Virus record (IMG/VR): IMGVR_UViG_3300045256_000058
Coordinates: 82,348-146,347 of that record
Source: a virus
Length of the DNA: 64,000 bases
Reading direction: 5' to 3' (one strand)
Below, piece after piece: positions 1 through 10,400 of the stretch (its first letter is position 1; the number at the start of each line of letters is the position of its first letter). A program made the position numbers and the translations under genes. The notes under the pieces are model-generated. The model ran no database searches, was not told the origin of the DNA, and saw nothing but the letters and a program-made list of their open reading frames with translations.

Positions 1-292
1 TAATAGAAGCAGTAGTTGATTTACTACTACGTGGAGGAATATTAATGATTAGTCTTCGTATGTTTCTATTGAGTGCAGCTTGTATATGTTCGCATAAGCA
101 TTCAATGTGCCAGTTATTTACAAGAGGTTGAGGGTCAAAGGTATTCCAAAAATTAATGAAGAATTGATATAGACTTCTTTCTGATTTTTCATACATTTCT
201 TCTTGAAGTAACTCTTCAAGCATAAAGAGTTCTTCATCAAACTTCTCATCATAAAAGCCAGGGTCATCAGGTGTAAGTATTTTCTTAGGCAT
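1..292 (-). CDS. terL: Terminase large subunit, N-terminal part (runs off the window)
   Basis: Manual translation from ATG at 292: MPKKILTPDDPGFYDEKF...SLYQFFINFWNTFDPQPLVNNWHIECLCEHIQAALNRNIRRLIINIPPRSSKSTTASI. 'NWHI..LCEH' and 'RLIINIPPRxxKS' are typical TerL ATPase adenine-binding/Walker A motifs. Confidence 0.9.
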   Translation of the reverse strand, partial: MPKKILTPDDPGFYDEKFDEELFMLEELLQEEMYEKSERSLYQFFINFWNTFDPQPLVNNWHIECLCEHIQAALNRNIRRLIINIPPRSSKSTTASI

Positions 293-363
293 AGTCAATG
301 TTCATAGGTTGTAGTATATCTTATAATATTACTATGAATTTACTTTTAGAGACAGAATAGACT

Positions 364-957
364 ATGGTATTACCTCTTTCTTTACCTTTCATGAGTCTTG
401 GCTGGGCAAATCGAGCAAGACTTGTAAAAGAAAACAAAGCATTACAACAACAGCTAATGCATAATGCAAAAAGCTTACAAGATATTTCCAATCCATTTTC
501 TAACCTACTTCCTAAGTTAGGAGTTGCTGGTGTAGGATTAGCTGGAGCAAAGGTAGCATCAGATACTATCTCTTCTCCTAAACAAAGACAACAAATGGCT
601 AGTATGGCAGAAGACTTACCTACTGGTTACATACCTAGATATAACTATGCAGCTAATCGAAGCACTGACTTCTCATTTGCGGCATCAGGTAATGGAGTTA
701 CTGCTAACTTCTTTGACCCTCTCACTATGCTTATGGGATTAGAGAATGGTGCAGCATCTTTGCATTGGAATCTAAAGAATGGTAAGTTACGAAATACTAA
801 TAAGATGCTAGAACAAGAGTTACTTCGTAAAAGAGCAAATAGTAACAAAACATTAGGTGCAATTGGTATAGGAACTGCGGCACTTGCTACTCCTGCGTTA
901 GCATATATGAATGGCAGAAAACCAAGCAATAGTAATCAGTATTCATCTGCGATGTAA
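364..957 (+). CDS. Hypothetical protein, possibly virion-associated, with two similar internal halves
   Basis: 197-aa ORF. Two modules each have a W-N..K.NK.L.Q.L segment followed by a Gly/Ala hydrophobic helix. Confidence 0.65.
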   Translation: MVLPLSLPFMSLGWANRARLVKENKALQQQLMHNAKSLQDISNPFSNLLPKLGVAGVGLAGAKVASDTISSPKQRQQMASMAEDLPTGYIPRYNYAANRSTDFSFAASGNGVTANFFDPLTMLMGLENGAASLHWNLKNGKLRNTNKMLEQELLRKRANSNKTLGAIGIGTAALATPALAYMNGRKPSNSNQYSSAM

Positions 958-985
958 TCAGCAGTATTCATCTGCGATGTAATCA
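937..985 (+). repeat. Tandem duplication of 24 bp (CAGTATTCATCTGCGATGTAATCA x2)
   Basis: Identical copies at 937-960 and 962-985, spanning the stop codon of the 364-957 ORF. Confidence 0.95.
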
Positions 986-1545
986 ATCTTTACCAACTGA
1001 AACTGGATATTAGAGAGTAATGGTGTTAGTATATAGATAGGTAGCAAATGAAGGTGCTAACCTATGGTACTCAGAAATGATACCTAAAGGTCTTAGGTGG
1101 GAAGCACATGAAGCATTCAGTTAGGAATAGTCAAGCTAACAAGAATGATATACCACTTCCTAAATTAGCAAGTCCTATAGAAAGGATAGAAAACAGATAG
1201 CAGCCTAACGCCAGTACATCCTTCACCTCTCTCATGGCATTGAGAAGTAAGAGGTTTACATAAAATTTTACATCCCCTCTTAGTAAGGGGTTAGGGAAAC
1301 CTAGTACCTACGATAGGAAATGATACTATATGCGTACCTGTAGCTATTAGGTTGCTAATGTATTAAGTTGCTTCCGAGGTTACGAGACTACCAGAGAAGG
1401 TAGTTGAGTAAGTGAGAGATAGAATGAATGTTTGAAAGAGCATTAAGGAAATATACACAGATAAGATGGTAAGATGTTTGCGATATTAGCGAACATCTTT
1501 TTAGTAAATGTAGGTTTTTCGGCTTTAGATATTCGAATAGCTAGT

Positions 1546-2121
1546 TCAAATAATAAAGTGTAAGTTAGACGGTATATTCGGAAACTTATTTCTTTGTATT
1601 CTATATAGTCGGTCTAAAGATGATGTAGCTCCAGCAATCATATGATTCTGAGTTGGATTATTATTAGCATGATTTATCATAGTTTCTATCATTCCTTTAG
1701 CTCCGTAATTCTTATATTTAGGATGAGTTACAGTTTCTCCCCACATTTCAAAGCCATCGGTAGAATGAAGTGAGTAAGGAGTAGAGTAATCTCTCATTCC
1801 AGTCATTTTACGTAACCCAATAGTTGTTGGTTTACCTTCTATTGAAGTAGTTAGAGGTATTGTTTGATGTAATACTCCTCCTCCCATACTTAATGTTGGA
1901 GAAACAGGAGAAGTTAGCATACCTTGTGTATACTTTTTAGCTAACTTAGCATTTTCATATCGAGGATTTAGTGGATGGTTAGGTAAATCTATTCCTGGTT
2001 CATTATCACCAAAGTCTCTAAGTATCTCTGTATACTTATTGTCTAATCCTCTAGCATATTTTCTAACTACTCTGTCATTCATTGGAACGAATGCAAAGGT
2101 AGCCATATAATAGTATCTCAT
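1546..2121 (-). CDS. Hypothetical protein (N-terminus MRYYYMATFA)
   Basis: 191-aa ORF. The C-terminal 'THPKYKNYGAKGMI' is weakly GNAT-like. Confidence 0.65.
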   Translation of the reverse strand: MRYYYMATFAFVPMNDRVVRKYARGLDNKYTEILRDFGDNEPGIDLPNHPLNPRYENAKLAKKYTQGMLTSPVSPTLSMGGGVLHQTIPLTTSIEGKPTTIGLRKMTGMRDYSTPYSLHSTDGFEMWGETVTHPKYKNYGAKGMIETMINHANNNPTQNHMIAGATSSLDRLYRIQRNKFPNIPSNLHFII

Positions 2122-2161
2122 TTAGTGTATTTCCTTAGTGTGTAAATAGATGTATATGATA

Positions 2162-3148
2162 TTACATGACTTCTTCAGTCTCTCTTTCTAACTCGTATAC
2201 TACTGGAGCATCTAATACTGCACTCACTTCAATAGTCTCAGGTTCAGATGAAGGTTTAAGGTCACTAGCATTTAGTTTTCTACCTAGCTTTGCTTCGAGT
2301 CTCTTGATAGCTGCTTGTCTTTCTTGAGGAGTTTTGAATTTATGAGACTTAGTTTCTATTTGGAATAGTTCCATATCTTCTTTTGGAGCATTCTCATAGA
2401 TTTGTCTTTGTAGCTTATAGATGTTACTAGCTACAGTAATTGCTTCTTTTACTTCATTTAGAAAGATTGGAGTACCTGTTTTGTTATTTACCATATTCAT
2501 GTACTCTTTTGTTTCTTCTGATAGATAGTTAGGATTATCTAAGTCTTCAGAGGCATCTAGTACCTCTCCAAACTTATGTTCGATATATCTATCTAGAACT
2601 ACACCTAATTTATTACAAGCATTTACAGCAGCTATTTCAGCTTGATAATTCTCTTGTACATATAAACCTAGCTCTTGTCCTATATTTCTTTCATTTACTC
2701 TAGCTAAATAAGCTTTACGAAGATGTTGCCATTTATCTTTATGTACTTTATCTCTTAGTGTGGTAAAGTTTACTTCAAACTTCTCTGCAAATTCTTTGTA
2801 AGTATAATCTTCAGATGCAAATGTACCATCTTCTAACTGAATTCTTTTTCCAAGTACCCAATGTTTACGTAACTCTGTCCAGTTATACTTCTTAGTTGTT
2901 TTACCATAGATATGCTTTAGACGAGGATTTTGTTCAGGAGGTAGAGGTACTTCACTAGAACTCTCATAGTTCATGATTGTATTGAGTTCTTTAATTTCTT
3001 CTAACTCTTTTGCTACTCTTGAAGTATCCGATAGCTTTACTTTCTTTAGAGTAGTATATGGTCTAGCATCTGAATCTTTCTTACGAGGATTTGGTCTAGC
3101 AATTAATGAATACGTTGTACCTGATTCATTGAATATTTTCTTAGGCAT
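2162..3148 (-). CDS. Probable terminase small subunit (HTH)
   Basis: 'KYNWTELRKHW...TYKEFAEKFEVNFTTLRDKVHKDKW' is the HTH pattern of TerS proteins; lies upstream of terL on the same strand. Confidence 0.6.
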   Translation of the reverse strand: MPKKIFNESGTTYSLIARPNPRKKDSDARPYTTLKKVKLSDTSRVAKELEEIKELNTIMNYESSSEVPLPPEQNPRLKHIYGKTTKKYNWTELRKHWVLGKRIQLEDGTFASEDYTYKEFAEKFEVNFTTLRDKVHKDKWQHLRKAYLARVNERNIGQELGLYVQENYQAEIAAVNACNKLGVVLDRYIEHKFGEVLDASEDLDNPNYLSEETKEYMNMVNNKTGTPIFLNEVKEAITVASNIYKLQRQIYENAPKEDMELFQIETKSHKFKTPQERQAAIKRLEAKLGRKLNASDLKPSSEPETIEVSAVLDAPVVYELERETEEVM

Positions 3149-3551
3149 GAGTTTGCAAGTTGTATAGTGTTTCGTTAGATATAAGAGTGTGTGCAGAAGT
3201 AAATATTAGATTGGGTATAGATATTTGACTATATGCACTTGGTAAATTGCGATGCTTAAAGTTGTAGGAGAAGTAGATTATTTCTAACTTAGTTGCATCT
3301 GGATGAAATAGAAAATAGGATTGTATTTGACCTATTGCATGTTTTATAGAGTTAAATTCCTTTACTTCTATTAGTCTTTTTTCATTTCTAAATGTTCTCT
3401 CACTGTTTGAGTAGAGTGGTTCATCTTTATGTATGATTAGGTCAATTAGTCCTACAGGAGTCTTTACTTCTCTAGCAACAGAATACCCTTGGTTAGAAAA
3501 ATATGCTGCTAGAGCTTTTTGAACTGTAGCTTCGGATAGTTTCGTCTTCAT
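3141..3551 (-). CDS. PD-(D/E)XK nuclease-family protein
   Basis: 'REVKTPVGLIDL...IEVKE...HAIGQIQSY' gives the D...ExK...Q..Y signature. Confidence 0.75.
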   Translation of the reverse strand: MKTKLSEATVQKALAAYFSNQGYSVAREVKTPVGLIDLIIHKDEPLYSNSERTFRNEKRLIEVKEFNSIKHAIGQIQSYFLFHPDATKLEIIYFSYNFKHRNLPSAYSQISIPNLIFTSAHTLISNETLYNLQTHA

Positions 3552-3554
3552 GTT

Positions 3555-3974
3555 CTAGATAAGTGGACTCATTTCTGTGTTACTGTTAATGTCTTTGTTT
3601 CTCTTTATTGTTTTGTTTAGAGAGACAGGAAGGACAGGAACTTTCATTTCTTTTCTTCTTGAAATTTGATAATCTTTTTCAAGTTTCTTTTGTTCAAGTT
3701 TATTGTCTTTTCTTACAATTCGATAACGTTTTACTTCCTGCTCACTGTCTACAGGAAGATTTAATGCTGCTGAAACTTTTTGTCTGTCTTCAGGTTTCAT
3801 TGGTTTGATATTATTTCCAACTGTTCCATTATTTCCAGGAGCATTCCCTCTAGGATTTGCAGGAGTAGGTGTGTTGGTTAGAGAAGCTTGGGCTAATAAG
3901 TCTGCTGCTCCGAAGTTAGAAAAAGCTTGTTTAAGAAGTTTCATGTGATTCAAAATTATCCTTGATGTTTTCAA
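3555..3974 (-). CDS. Hypothetical protein
   Basis: 139-aa ORF closely packed with the leftward genes. Confidence 0.55.
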   Translation of the reverse strand: MKTSRIILNHMKLLKQAFSNFGAADLLAQASLTNTPTPANPRGNAPGNNGTVGNNIKPMKPEDRQKVSAALNLPVDSEQEVKRYRIVRKDNKLEQKKLEKDYQISRRKEMKVPVLPVSLNKTIKRNKDINSNTEMSPLI

Positions 3975-4285
3975 TAATCTCTTCGTTTACAGTTTTGTGA
4001 CTGCGTTTACTACAATTAGTTTAGCATTTCGTGCATGAAAAATATGCCGGGATTTCTGTGCTTTTTTTATTCTCTTTATGATTTAGGTGAGTTTGAATTA
4101 TTGGGTTGGAAGCAGCCCCTTAAAAAACATCCTATCACACTCTGAAACCCCTGTCAAATAAGGCTTTCAGCCATTTTACCTCTCAATCCATAAGCTACAC
4201 TTATAGTACAGATGTACGGTTAGGTATAGAGTATTCTCTATAGTAACTATAGAAAACTTTACATAGTAAATAGGTATAAATACTC

Positions 4286-4327
4286 TATACAATCCTGTTG
4301 AAAACTGCGATACTGTTTACAGGTTGG
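4286..4327 (+). promoter_or_regulatory. sigma70-type promoter P1 with GTTTACAGGTTGG downstream motif
   Basis: TATACA-17bp-GATACT with extended TGn, followed by GTTTACAGGTTGG. Confidence 0.5.
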
Positions 4328-4465
4328 ATAAGAGATAAGGAGGTTAAAGGATAAAACACTATGAACAATTAAATATTCTTATGGGATTGCAAGGGCTATT
4401 GCTCTTGACTTTCACAGGATAACTGTGCTTAAAATCCCGGCTAGAAAATTGGGTATTTATGCCTA

Positions 4466-4508
4466 TTGCGTTTTCTATCCGTATCCCCTAAGATGTTTAC
4501 AAGGTTGG
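4466..4508 (+). promoter_or_regulatory. sigma70-type promoter P2 with GTTTACAAGGTTGG downstream motif
   Basis: TTGCGT-17bp-TAAGAT followed by GTTTACAAGGTTGG. Confidence 0.7.
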
Positions 4509-4597
4509 TTATGAGACAACCGACAATCAAACGATAGATTCCAAGCTATCACCCTATCAAAATTTATTCGCAGAGTCAAACTGCAAAAGGAGTACCT

Positions 4598-5080
4598 ATG
4601 GCTAAAGCCAGAAGTGTAGCTCTCCGTAAGACCTTCGCCTATGGTGTATTGGCTGTTACAAAGTCAACCGTATGGAAAGAGAAAGGTAATCCCGAAGCGG
4701 GTACGGAGGTAGTCTACTCAGTTCGCTTTAAGGTAAAGTCAGAAGTCTTAGAGCGTCTTAAAGCTCAAGGTGTGAAAAATCCTCTCAAGGATAATCCATT
4801 CCTTTTGATGCAAGATGGGGCTTCTTTCAAAAGGTTCTTTTCTAATGGTAGTGAGAAAATTACTACCTATATAAAGACTACTGACTATGCTAAAGCTGAG
4901 GAAGTTTTTAAGCGTGTAGTCTCTAGTATGAGTAGGGGTGTTAAGCCTACTAAAAAAGCTGTGATTCAAGATGTGCTGCCATCTGGTATGCGTATTGTTG
5001 AGCGTTCACAGTCTGAGTTTAGTAAAGCTTTGCTTTCTCCCTCCACACCATCTAAAAAACTATCCTTTAGCGTGAGATAA
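4598..5080 (+). CDS. Hypothetical basic early protein
   Basis: 160 aa, strong AAGGAG RBS, first gene after P1/P2. Confidence 0.8.
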   Translation: MAKARSVALRKTFAYGVLAVTKSTVWKEKGNPEAGTEVVYSVRFKVKSEVLERLKAQGVKNPLKDNPFLLMQDGASFKRFFSNGSEKITTYIKTTDYAKAEEVFKRVVSSMSRGVKPTKKAVIQDVLPSGMRIVERSQSEFSKALLSPSTPSKKLSFSVR

Positions 5081-5083
5081 GCC

Positions 5084-5344
5084 ATGAAGTATGCTGTCTT
5101 AAAAACTGGCAATCACTATGCCCGTATGAATTACGCATATCAACCATGCTGTAATACGGGTTTAGTAGAGATTGATGAGTCTATCCCTACGGATGACTAT
5201 GGCAATCCCATTACTGTTGCAGACTATAAGCTAGTTGATGATTTAGCTCTAGCTACAGTTTTCCCTAAGAAGTTGGCTAAACGTTTAGTTAGGGCTGATT
5301 TATTTCTTGAGGTTATGACTGTTCAGCGTGTAATGTTCGTTTAG
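5084..5344 (+). CDS. Hypothetical protein
   Basis: 86-aa ORF directly after the previous gene. Confidence 0.7.
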   Translation: MKYAVLKTGNHYARMNYAYQPCCNTGLVEIDESIPTDDYGNPITVADYKLVDDLALATVFPKKLAKRLVRADLFLEVMTVQRVMFV

Positions 5345-5357
5345 GTATTTCTTCTTA

Positions 5358-5399
5358 TTGACTTCTGCCCATATTGGCTGTATTGTGTTTATAGGTTGG
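5358..5399 (+). promoter_or_regulatory. sigma70-type promoter P3 driving the large non-coding region
   Basis: TTGACT-17bp-TATTGT followed by GTTTATAGGTTGG. Confidence 0.7.
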
Positions 5400-7353
5400 T
5401 TTTCTAACCTGTATTCCATGCTCTAGAGTTCGACTCTCTAGTGGGCACTGGGCTTTACGATGTACTTCGTTTATGCCCTATTAATAGCCTTGCTGTGAGG
5501 TTAAACACAGTGACATACTCTCCTGACAGAGAGGATTGGGCGTTCATAGCGCAAATTTACACTGCTACGGTAGCGGTATTGCTATCTACAGAGTGTTCTA
5601 CAGTGCTTTCAATGTGCTGTAACATTAAATCGGGCTTAATATACCCGTCAAATGTTGACAGTTTGCGATAGCTGTATGATTCACTCGCTTTTGTAGCTAA
5701 ATGAACCGTAGTTTCTATGTGTAATATTTGCCGTATCTTATAACGATAGGATTGAATGCTGTGGTTGGTAGTGGTCTATATGACTAAGTAGCTAACGTGT
5801 TCCTGATGGCATATCACGGGGTATGAATAGGGGTGAGTTACTATGAACCGTAAACTACAAATCTCGATAGCGAGCTAATCGTAACATTCGGTTAGTATAT
5901 GCTTTCATCTGGCGATAGGTGCTAGTGTCCCCATAGGGGTGCTAGTATTCAATAAGCTCGGTAGTACCATGAGGGAACGGGTGTGGAGTGCTGTTAGCCT
6001 AACAGTGCATTGATGCGTCCTAGTATGCTTGGGAATCCTAATGCTCAGACTTTATCCGGGTAGGTGCGGAATGAGTTGCTTCTAAGGATGACTGTATAGA
6101 AAGCTGAGTCTGTAAATGTGAGCTAGAGAGGTTGCGGCTAGGGGTAGAGCTTTATGCTACTACTTTCTACCGACTAAGTGTGCCTGCTTGAAACGGTCTT
6201 AATAAAACCGTCAAAGCGGATAACGGATGTATATCCTAGCTTAGTTATGGGGACTGTAGTGTGTATAAAGTATATGCTGTTAGCCTAGAAGGTGTAGTGA
6301 GACTGGGAACTGATTGAAAGGGTTTGTATGATTCCCTTCCCCATTGGGATGATTCTTATTTGAGTAGGCAGTTGCATCTTTACAGTTTGGACAGTTGGTA
6401 AGTATCGTGTAGCGGAATACACTAGACAATACCCGTATATACAAATATTACTTCCCGTCATAGTACGGGCTTTTCGGGGTACGTCAGTCACTATCCTAGT
6501 CTATGCAATGGAGAATGCGGCAATACAAGCCTTTCCTCGATTCACTATCATAGCCTATACTTACACCAAAGCGTCCCTAAATGTAAAGATAAATTGTATC
6601 CCCGGTATTCCCATATAAACAATATCGTGTTACCGCTTCCTAATGCACAATGATGCTGTGGGGGCTGTTTTGTGCTGTCTGGAAGTATTGCACGGTATTG
6701 GGGATAAGGTAGACTCTACTACTCTTCACTATGAAGAAAAGTAGGCTCTATGGAAGGGCAGTAAGTAAGTATCTAGCTATATGTCCTCTCTTTGGACATG
6801 GCTCCCTACATAAGCGTAGTATAAGGATTATCTCAAGCATAATTCTTCGACTTACCTATGGCTATGGGTTCGAGAATAAGTGTGAAGCGAAGCTAACAAG
6901 GAGTACGGCTATTTACGGAAAGCTGCGTCTGTCATTGCGATAGGCTGCAAACTGACCATAGAGACAAAATGAATCGGAACGCTGAGTGTGTAGTGTTCTA
7001 TTGAGGTATTGCATTCTAGTTCATGTTACTCCTGACTAGCGTGTAAGTTCCATATCGGGTGATGGCTGTCTCAGTAATTATAAATGCGCGAAGTAACATT
7101 CCAATGCGCTATGGAGGGAGGTAGGGTAATGAGAGACAGTCATGGGAGTTCATTATACAGATAGTCCCTCTCTTCCAAAAGGGGCTTCTGTTATCTCTTA
7201 AGTAATCCCAGTGAGAGAGTATATAGTATGAGTTAGCAATAACTCTAGCTAGTTAGAAATAGGTTAATAGCTTGTTTCTACCTAGTGAAAGATACTGTGT
7301 ACTCTCAATATTCTGGTTACGCTTACCTTCTGGTGCAAGTCCAGATAGAGGTA
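5391..7353 (+). ncRNA. Candidate very large structured non-coding RNA (or cluster of RNAs)
   Basis: About 2 kb with no credible CDS in an otherwise gene-dense genome. Many G-U-containing helices, e.g. 5921-5946 (11 bp), 6597-6609/6694-6706 (13 bp), 7062-7072/7133-7143 (11 bp). Has its own promoter. Confidence 0.65.
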
Positions 7354-7431
7354 TGGGTATCGTACCCTATAGAGTCTAGGCTATTACGGCTTAGGCTCAA
7401 TTTGTCATGCAAACTTATTGAGGTCAGTCTC

Positions 7432-10400
7432 ATGTCTCTTTGGCTTGTTGCTCCTACTTCTCTAAATGGAATCTTTGCTCACAAGCAATCCGTTTGGAAG
7501 GAAGACATCTACGAAATTGTAGAAGGAACAATAGAGGATGATGTTACTTTTCTATTGTTCATGGATGGTAAGCCCTATTGTGTGGGTACTGACCTTGATG
7601 AATTAAAAGACTATGCTCTAAACGGCTAGTCTAATTAGTCGAGTAATAGAGATTTATAACCTCTATCACTACTATAAGTAATCAATACAGGATGCTGGTT
7701 GTAGCTACAAGATTTCGTATGCTCCTAGCTCCTAATTTGTGTTGACTGTAGTGTGTTAGTTATGTTCTCTGTTGCTCTCTTCTGTATGACTGTTCACCTT
7801 ATCTAGTCATGCTAGGAGGGGTAATGACTTGTGATGCCTGCTCGTAGTCCACCTTATTTTCTAACCATCATGGTTGTTCAATTTTACAACGGACACAAAA
7901 ACATTCATCTTAATGTTGAACTGGATAGGCTGCATCCTGACTGTAATGTAAGAGCTATTGGAAGAGTGGGTAGAGATAAGTATTCTGAGCTTCCTACTTT
8001 TGAATCCGATAATTTTACTAGCTGTCTGGTAAAAGCTTCTCAATGGTGTGCATTGAATGGATTCTTTCCGGTAGAAAACGGCAAAGTAGTTGAATACGTC
8101 TAGCTAAGGAGAAACATGGAAGGTAAACCCATCGAACTAAATATCTCAAATGAGTTTCCTGCTAACGGGGAAATTGTTATTCGAGTTCGATACGTTGCTA
8201 AAGATGCAAGACGAAAAGCAATGTTGTCTGTGTACGTTAGTGAGAACTGGTTAGCTGAGTGGGGATTGCATTCTACCGCTCGTTTCATGAATCAACGGCT
8301 CCAAAAAGATTGGGGTAATCCTCCTCTAGAGGTAGAAGCCTCCAATAAAGGCTATCGAGTAGCTAGGCAAGCTGTGTTTGGTGATAAAGATAACTCTCCT
8401 TGGTCACACATTCAAATTGCGGCTTTTAGAGAGATGGTAGATATACTCTCTGAGTTTCAAGCTCATACTGCCTATCTAGATGCCCTTCGCAGTTCGGTTC
8501 CTGATGAAATGTTCTTTACTCTGGTGAAGTAATGCGTGTAATCGGTCAAGAATCAAATTCAGCTTTTCAACAAGAAGCTGAACCACTATTAGCGGCAAAC
8601 GGGATTTTAATTGTCCCTACTGTGTTTGATATGTCTAGCACTGGGTCTAAAGGTGTAGCAATTCGAGTCTACATTACGAATCACAGTCTGGATATAATTA
8701 GTCAACGTCAGAGTCTTTCTGAGCCTCCCATTTTGCCTTTACTTGGTTATGTGTCTTCTAGCTGGGGTGAAGCATCTCATGTATTTCCAGAGAGTAGAAA
8801 CATTGCTTTCGAGAAGGATTTTGCTCCTGATGTTCCTGGTCATTTCATTGACCGTTGGATAAAGAATTTCTCTACTCAAGTCTTAGAAGAGTGGAGTTTC
8901 ATTCTTTCTCATGTGCAAAAGAACACATCGGTTACGGTCACTCCTTCTGAGTTCCAAAATGGATTCTTTGGGATTACCTCTGCTTAGTTCGTTCATTACG
9001 TCCACATCATCAAGGTACAAAATTATGACTTCTGCTACACTTGTACGTCCTGCCTATACTCCTGTTCTCAAAGCCGACTTAGAACAAGGGGAAGAAAAGA
9101 TTTCCAAGCTCGTTGATAAGTGGAAAGCTCTAAACCCCGGCAAAAGTGTGAATCTCCGAATTACCTTTGCAATGTTTAACTCTGCTGAGAGCCTTACTCA
9201 AAAGTATGAGGCTGCAAAAACTCGGCTTCAACATTGGTATCAGGATGCAATCATTACTGAGCGTCAAATGAAAGAAGCGCTATCTGAAATCGGTAAACTG
9301 TATCGAACATTCATCGGTATCTCTGCTAACTACGCAAATAAGCGTCAGTACAACGGCAAAACCGAAAACATTGTTTGGATGGAATTCTAGTTTTTGTGTG
9401 GGTTACTTCTCCTTACCCTAATGGGGTTGCTCTTAGCGAGTGACCCCTTTTTTCTTAAGAGAAAGTTCCTTTTTTCATGCAAACCTTTACCTTTTTCTAC
9501 CATCATGGCAAGCACTGGAATTACTGACCTTGAAACCCTTCATTCTTTGAAAGAGGAGTATTTTCCTCACGACACCCCTACTCTTCCTGATTCCGTTATC
9601 TATGCGGAAGATGCTGAACTGCTAATGCGTCTTTCAACACACGACCCTGTGCATGGTTATCGGATTGTAAATGAATGGAAGCCCGTAGCAGCAGATGAAA
9701 CCTACTGTCATGTGCAGGAAGTGAATTTCAAGATGTTCACTGTAACCCCTCGCTTAGATACTTCTGACCGTGCTGCAAGCCACTATCTGACTCCACAAGA
9801 GCGGGATATGTTGTTCCGTACTTGGTTATATCGTGGTTTTTCTCCTGCTGTGTCCATTCATCCGTATCTTCAGCCTGCACAGGATATTCTGTAATGTCAG
9901 AATCAATACCATCTCACTCTATGAAATATCTCCCTCTTTTTCTGGTGTTTTTAACATCTGTAACCATTAGCACGTTCGAGCTATTGGCTATGGGTATTTC
10001 AGGATGGCTACTATATGCTCTCCCATTATGGAAAGCCGCAATTGCAGTAGCTCTAGGGTTGTTATCAACCTACGTCATGATTGATGCTTTCTCCAAGCTT
10101 CAGATTCAGCTCAACAAACACATTACTCGGAAATTACAGAATGATTCTTGACTTCATTGCTGTTGGGTTGGTGGGGATGGTCTTACGTCCCCTATTTGAC
10201 CGTTATGTAGTCAATCCTATTGCTGCATGGATTACGATTTGTCAAATGAATGATTGTGGAGACTAAATGCACTATCACGTTCTTGAGTCTGAAGGTAAGT
10301 TCATTGCACACCCTATGATTCGTGTAATTCACGGTGTGCTGACTTCTGATATTCAAAAGGCACAGGTCTACCCGTTAGAAACTGATGCCATTACCTCAAT

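Noticed and set aside
986-1545. Non-coding gap between convergent genes as an ncRNA
   Set aside because: Only scattered short hairpins, with no closing helix or promoter I could support.
5366-5447. A full tRNA using TGCCCAT/GTGGGCA as acceptor stem
   Set aside because: The 5' strand lies in the spacer of promoter P3 and there is no proper D-arm or anticodon loop; only the T-arm was kept.
5441-6943. Short ORFs 5441-5671, 6285-6491 and 6731-6943 as genes
   Set aside because: No clear RBS, atypical composition, not coupled to neighbours, and they lie in heavily base-paired sequence.
5391-7353. Group I or group II intron, or rRNA
   Set aside because: No interrupted host gene, no recognisable intron core or domain V, and no rRNA signature seen by eye. 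Not excluded without a model search.
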